Source of the DNA: Octopus sinensis
Taxonomy: Eukaryota
Reading direction: 5' to 3'
Assembly (NCBI RefSeq): GCF_006345805.1
Contig: NW_021836221.1
Span: 1 to 26,846 of the forward strand
DNA length: 26,846 bases
Below, piece after piece: positions 21,422 to 26,846 of this stretch (position 1 is the first letter of the stretch; each line of letters begins with the position of its first letter). The translations under genes were made by a program, and so were the position numbers. Under the pieces are notes generated by a model. It had not been told where the DNA came from. It ran no database searches and worked only from the letters and a program-made list of their open reading frames with translations.

Positions 21422-21905
21422 AGTGATGATGATGTCGATAATGATGATGATGATGATGATGATGATGGTGATGGTGAGGAGGGAGACGAGGAGAAAGAGA
21501 ACGACGACGATGATAATGGTGTTGGTGATATTGGGATGGTAGTAGTGGTTGTTGTGATGATGATAACGATGATGAGGTGGAGGACGAAGTCGACTACACG
21601 ACGTTGGTGGTGATGACAGAGGCGGTGGTAATGATAATTATAATGATGAGGAGGATTATGATGATGATGACGATGATGAGAAGGAGGGGAGGAGGGAGAA
21701 AAACGAGGACGACTACCAAAACGATGGTGATGCCGATGATGTTTGTGAGAATGATGATGGTGGTGTTGATAGTCGGGATGATGAGGGTGGTTACTATGAC
21801 AACAACTATGACGACGACGATGATGATGATGATGATGATGATGATAAAGACGACCTCGACGACAATGATGACTATTAATAACGATGACAACGATGACGAC
21901 ATTGG

Positions 21906-21940
<35 letters not shown>

Positions 21941-21945
21941 GTGAT
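21422..21945. repeat. Trinucleotide mosaic (GAT/GAC/GGT/GAG)
   Basis: Direct reading. Confidence 0.9.
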
Positions 21946-22419
21946 GGTAAAGAACTGCGATCCAAACCATTTTTCTGTACCCTTCTCATTCCATGTCACC
22001 AATGCTTAAAGACACATCTGAGAACAGAACAGATTGTCGATAAATATAGTTTTAGAAAATAATGACAAATAATTAAACAAAAATTACACCCTAGTCAAAT
22101 CACCACCCCAACCACGACCATCACCACCACTACACCGCCACCAATTCTTGCAAAATATCTCAGATATTTCCTCCTCTCCCTCCCTCTCTCTCCCTTTCTC
22201 CTTATCTTCACCATCCTTCTCCTCCCCCTCATCTCCCTCCCCGCCGCCGCCGCCGCCTGTATCTCTTGTAAAAGTAGATGTTTGATGTTTGGTTAGCAAC
22301 ATTTAAATATCGTAGTTGGCTTTTCAATAAAACATCAGCTTTAGGTTGAGAGAGTTAAAGTAGACGAAGAAGTAGAAGATGAAGAAGAAGTAATTAGAAG
22401 GATGGGGAGGAGGGGTGGC

Positions 22420-22562
22420 GAAGACGACGACGATGGTGACGACGACGACGACGACGATGATGATGATGATGATGATGACGACGACGACGATGATGATGAT
22501 GATGATGACGACGATGGTGGTGATGGTGATGATGCAGAAGATGATGATGAAGAGGTAGTAGC

Positions 22563-22612
<50 letters not shown>

Positions 22613-22668
22613 AGAAGAAGAAGAAGAAGAAGAAGAAGAAGAAGAAGAAGAAGAAGAAGAAGAAGAAG
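22420..22668. repeat. Compound trinucleotide array (GAC/GAT)n-(GTA)n-(GAA)n
   Basis: Direct reading. Confidence 0.95.
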
Positions 22669-22733
22669 GGGAAGTGTGAAATAGGGGGGGCGATTGAAAA
22701 GAGTAGATAGATGACAACAAAGAATATACATAC

Positions 22734-22766
<33 letters not shown>

Positions 22767-23492
22767 AGTGTGTGTGTACGTATATATATATACACGTGTG
22801 TGTGTATGTATAAATACGCGTGTAAAGTGCGTGTGTGTGTGTAGAGAGAGAGAGAAAATAATAGATAAATAAAGGAAAATTTGGCAAAAATGTAAATAAA
22901 CAAGGAATATCTGAATAAAATATGGAAAGTTTAAAGTGTTCTTTAGCATTGTATTATGCTTGTGTGTGTGTGCACGTGTTTATGCAAATATATATAACAT
23001 ATTATATATTGTATATACATATGTGTATATTATTACATACAAATATTTATGCATAGATATAGAAATATATATATATACACACACTCACATACATACATAA
23101 ACCTACAGATTTGTCAAAAAAAAAAAACCCCATTTAAAATACGTACATACATAAATAAACACATAATCCATACGTACACGCGCGGGCACGTGCACAAGAG
23201 CAAACACACATATATGTATGTATTGTGTGTATATATATATATATATAGTTCATACACATTCTTATTGCATGCATGTGTGTATACAGACATACTCAGACAA
23301 ATACAGGAACATACATACACACGTAAACCCACAAACATGCTCAAAGATACCCCCCTCCCCCCTTCCCCCCACCCACACACAGTGACACATACAGCGGCAC
23401 ACATTGACATACGCGAGGCACAAGGAAGCAATTTTGTATAAAATAATAAAAATTGAATTAACAATTAATTACGAGTGATTTTTGTTTTCGGT

Positions 23493-23494
<2 letters not shown>

Positions 23495-23524
<30 letters not shown>

Positions 23525-24612
23525 GAGGCTGTTGTTAATGTTTGTTTTCTCGATAAAGATGTTTTGCGATATGTTTGGGGGGGTGTTGGTGGTGGTGGTG
23601 GTAGTGGCGGTGGTGGTGGTGGTGGTGGTAGTGGCGGTGGTGGTGGTGGCGGTGGTAGGGGGGTGAGGTGAGAGTGGAAGTGGTAGCGATTTTTAAATAT
23701 GTGCTGGGGGAGAGAAGGAGTGTTGGAGGGGGAAGGTTGTAGCGGTAGTGGTGGTGGTTGTGATGGTTGTGGTGGTTGTAGTGGTGGTTGTAGTGGTGGT
23801 GATAGTGGTGAAAGTGGTAGGAGATGAAACTGATGCTGGTGGTGGTGGTGGTGGTAGTGGTGACGTTCATAGTCGTGCTTACTATCATGATAGTAATGCT
23901 GCCGGTGATGGCGATGATGGTGGTGGTGGTGGTGGTTTAGGAGGTAGTGGTAGTAGTGGTCTTGGTACTAATTATAGTCATGGTAGCAGAATCCGATGGA
24001 ATTAGTCGTAGCAGAATTAGTATTAGTATTATTACGAGTAGAAGTAGGTGTAGTAGTAGTAGCAGCAGCATTAACAGCAGCATCAGTAACAATAGTAGTA
24101 GTAGTGGTGGTGGTGGTGGTGGTGGGGAGTTCTGTATTGGTTGTAGTGGTGGTGGTAGCGGTGGTGGGGTTCTGTATTGGTTGTAGTGGTGGTGGTGGTG
24201 GTGGAGTTTTGTATTGGTTGTAGTGGTAGTGGTGGCAGTGGCATTAGTGTGAGTATGAGTTGATCTTAGCTGTGGTAGTTGAGATGTTCGTGGTAGTGGT
24301 GGTGGTGGTGGTGGTGGCGGTGAAGCGTATGATAATAGTGGTGATGGGGGTGACGGTGGGTGTAGTAGTAGTGGTAGCAGTGGTGGTAGTGGTGGTGGTG
24401 GTAGTGGTGGTGGTGGTGGTAGTGGTGGTGGTAACACGTATGCTGGTGCCTATGCCTGTGGTACTTGCGATGGTATGGAGGTATTGGTCTTTCTGGTAAC
24501 GATATTTATGCTCCGGTGATGCTAGTGACACTTGTGATGGTAGTTATAGTTGTGGTGGTTTTGTTGTAGTCTTTTTTTTTTTGTGGTGGTGGTGGTGGTG
24601 GTGGTGGTGGTA
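23495..24612. repeat. Large G/T-rich trinucleotide mosaic (GTT, GGT, AGT, AGC)
   Basis: Direct reading. It includes three ~40-bp units G(T/A)GTT(C/T)TGTATTGGTTGTAGTGGT at about 24126-24225. Confidence 0.88.
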
Positions 24613-24849
24613 TATGTGACCGTGGCGGTAAGAAAGTGTAAAAGTTAGAGAGGGATGGGGGAAAATGATGTGGAGATGCTGCTACTTGCGTCGACCAGTT
24701 ATCGGAAAGCAGCAGCGACGACGGTGGGGAGAGTAAATTGAACTTAAAAGAAGGACAAATTCAGAAGCTAAAATTGATATTAAATATCTGTAGACCCAGA
24801 GAAGAGCGTCAGCGGGACAGGCAGATATAGACACAGACGGAGAGAGATA

Positions 24850-25350
24850 AATGGAGAGTGAAAGAGAGAGAGAGAGAGAGATGAAGGACGAGCGAAAGGG
24901 AGAGAGAGAGATGAAGGACGAGCGAAAGGGAGAGAGAGAGATATTGGGGGAGGGAGGCGAAAGAAGAACTGACGGTGGGGATACGTGGCTGAGGAAAGGG
25001 AAAAAAATACGCCATCCTAACCAGGCAGAGAAAGAGACATAGAGTAAGAAAGACAGCGAGAGAGAGAGAGAGAGAGAGTGAAAGAGAGAGACAGATGAAG
25101 AACTAGGGAGAGGGAGAGAGAGAGATATTGGGGGGGAGGAAGGCGAAATAAGAACTGACGGTGGGGATACGTGGCAGAGGAAGAGGGGAAAAAAACGCCA
25201 TCCTAACCAGGCAGAGAAAGAGACATAGAGTAAGAAAGAGACCGAGAGAGAGAGAGGGGGGGAATAAGAAGAAACGACGAATGGCGACGAGGGATGCAAG
25301 GGTTTGAGGAAAGAGAAAAAAAAACCGCCATCTTAAGCAGGCAGAGAGAC
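24850..25350. repeat. Purine-rich minisatellite: two ~185-bp units plus a diverged shorter third unit
   Basis: GATATTGGGGG...AGAACTGACGGTGGGGATACGTGGC...CGCCATCCTAACCAGGCAGAGAAAGAGACATAGAGTAAGAAAGAC occurs at about 24940 and 25124. The anchor CGCCATC is at 25010, 25196 and 25326, and a 30-bp duplication lies at about 24871-24930. Confidence 0.9.
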
Positions 25351-25721
25351 ATGTGTCAAATGATGAGAGAAAGAGTGTGTTTGCTGTCTCGAGGACCTCA
25401 TTGACGGTTAAAGACATTTGCTGTCCTCAAGCGGCACCCTTCAAACAACTTAATTTTATTTCAGGGCACCAGTTCAATCTTGTTGTTGTCACGTTGATAG
25501 TTGTTGTTGTTGTTGTTGATGTTTATTTTATTTTCGTCGTAGTTTTTGTTGTGTTTGTTGTTGTGGTTGCTGTGTCGCTTCATTCCTTGTGAATGTTGAT
25601 TTTTGATGATCTAATTGTTATTATATTATAATGTTGTTGATTACGCTATCGTTGTTGTTATTATTGTTGTTGTTGTTGTTTAGATAGACTCAGATCAAAT
25701 CGGAACGAAGAGAGCAGGCCT

Positions 25722-25890
25722 ATCATCAAAAGCATTCCAGCCGTGACAATCCCATTTATTTACAGTGAAATGATGGGCTGTCGTCCAAATAAACGAACAC
25801 TATTTCAACGTGTCCTTTCCTGATGTCAGACATGCAGCAGAAATTTGAAGAAGTTTTGACTGCTATTTCTAACAGATCGAGCAACCACCA
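25722..25890. repeat. Family C repeat
   Basis: ATCAAAAGCATTCCAGCCGTGACAATCCC ... TTGACTGCTATTTCTAACAGATCGAGCAACC. Confidence 0.7.
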
Positions 25891-25968
25891 ATGAGACTCG
25901 CTCGTTTGTATGTCAACATAGTCGTTTGTTACGATATGTAGTGGTTGTTATTGTTGTTGCTGGTGCCG

Positions 25969-26190
25969 TTTTACTTGTTTCAGTCATTGGACTGCGGCCA
26001 TGCTGGGGCACAGCCTTGATGCGTTTAGTCGAACAAATCGATCCCAGCAGAATAAGTAAAGAGACTTTAAAAAGTCTTATACTTATTCTACTGGACACCT
26101 TCGCCGAATTACTAATTTACGGGGACGTAAATAAACCAACACCAGTTGTCAAGCAGTGGTGGAGACAAACAGAAGTACAAAGGCACACAC
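25969..26190 (-). mobile_element. SINE family A, 3' half, decayed
   Basis: TTTTACTTGTTTCAGTCATTGGACTGCGGCCATGCTGGGGCAC...TTACGGGGACGTAAATAAACCAACACCAGTTGTCAAGC matches 9800-9990. Confidence 0.85.
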
Positions 26191-26325
26191 ATACATTCAT
26201 AAATACATACATACATACATACATACATACATGCATACATACATACATACATACATACATACATACATACATACAAACATGCATACATACGTATATAATA
26301 CATACATACACACATACATATGCAT
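26190..26325. repeat. (TACA)n microsatellite at the internal repeat position of the family A SINE
   Basis: Direct reading. Confidence 0.93.
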
Positions 26326-26543
26326 AAGCTTATAGTATGCAAATTAGTAGCTCCCAGTTTACTGTAGCTACTGAAATTATTGACTATATAAACAGATTAG
26401 TAGCTTGTTCCTCCGGGACTGGTTAAACTGATGTAGACGTCTCTGATGAGAATCCAGTAAGATTCGCATGTTTTCAGTCTACAGAGAAATAGCTAAATTA
26501 GTCCTGTTTATAAATCTCTATATAGGATATATATTTTTTTACA

Positions 26544-26666
26544 TATGACGGGGCTTCGTCGTAGCTTCCGTCGTCGGCCAGGATCATAGTAGAAGACAGT
26601 TGCTCAAGCTGCCGTGCACTGGGAGTGAACCCGCAATCACAGGACTGCAAAGTGAGCTTTTTAACC
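26544..26666 (-). mobile_element. SINE family A, 5' half, decayed
   Basis: TATGACGGGGCTTC...ATAGTAGAAGACAGTTGCTCAAGCTGCCGTGCACTGGGAGTGAACCCG...AGCTTTTTAACC matches 10074-10215. It is probably the head of the copy whose tail is at 25969-26190. Confidence 0.65.
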
Positions 26667-26846
26667 TGCTTTGTTGTTCTTGCTTAATTATTCTGGTATT
26701 ACGACGATTCTTTACTTGAAATTGGTAAGTAATAATCTGAGAAATCTAAGACCGACAAGGTTTAATTAGAAAACAAAATAAATGATAATTATCGACTTCA
26801 CTTCCAAGCTAAAATTGAAGAGTGAGAGGAAGACAATATTTGATAT

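Noticed and set aside
23748-24223. Gly/Ser-rich ORFs resembling structural proteins
   Set aside because: They derive from GGT/AGT repeats, shift between frames and have no signal peptide or conserved motif.

Overview
This is repeat-saturated, AT-rich eukaryotic non-coding DNA (intergenic or intronic). The SINE repertoire and extreme microsatellite density look like an octopus (coleoid cephalopod) genome, which is an inference from pattern recognition rather than a database search. I can support no intact protein-coding gene, tRNA, rRNA or CRISPR array, and almost all supplied ORFs are by-products of di-, tri- and tetranucleotide repeats. The only recognisable protein sequence is a truncated R4/Dong-type non-LTR retrotransposon C-terminus (half zinc knuckle plus PD-(D/E)xK restriction-like endonuclease) at about 14452-14807 on the minus strand. 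It is fused to a copy of an (AAT)n-flanked ~560 bp element that is present twice in tandem. The rest is three tRNA-SINE families, a non-autonomous Helitron-like element, two Penelope-like terminal-repeat copies, an unclassified bipartite repeat, local duplications and simple repeats. Family labels A-D are my own. The best leads are the LINE/(AAT)n-element chimera, three different hammerhead-ribozyme-like relics, a TSD-bounded heterodimeric SINE, and a snap-back templated-insertion scar. I cannot claim a novel biological system from this window.
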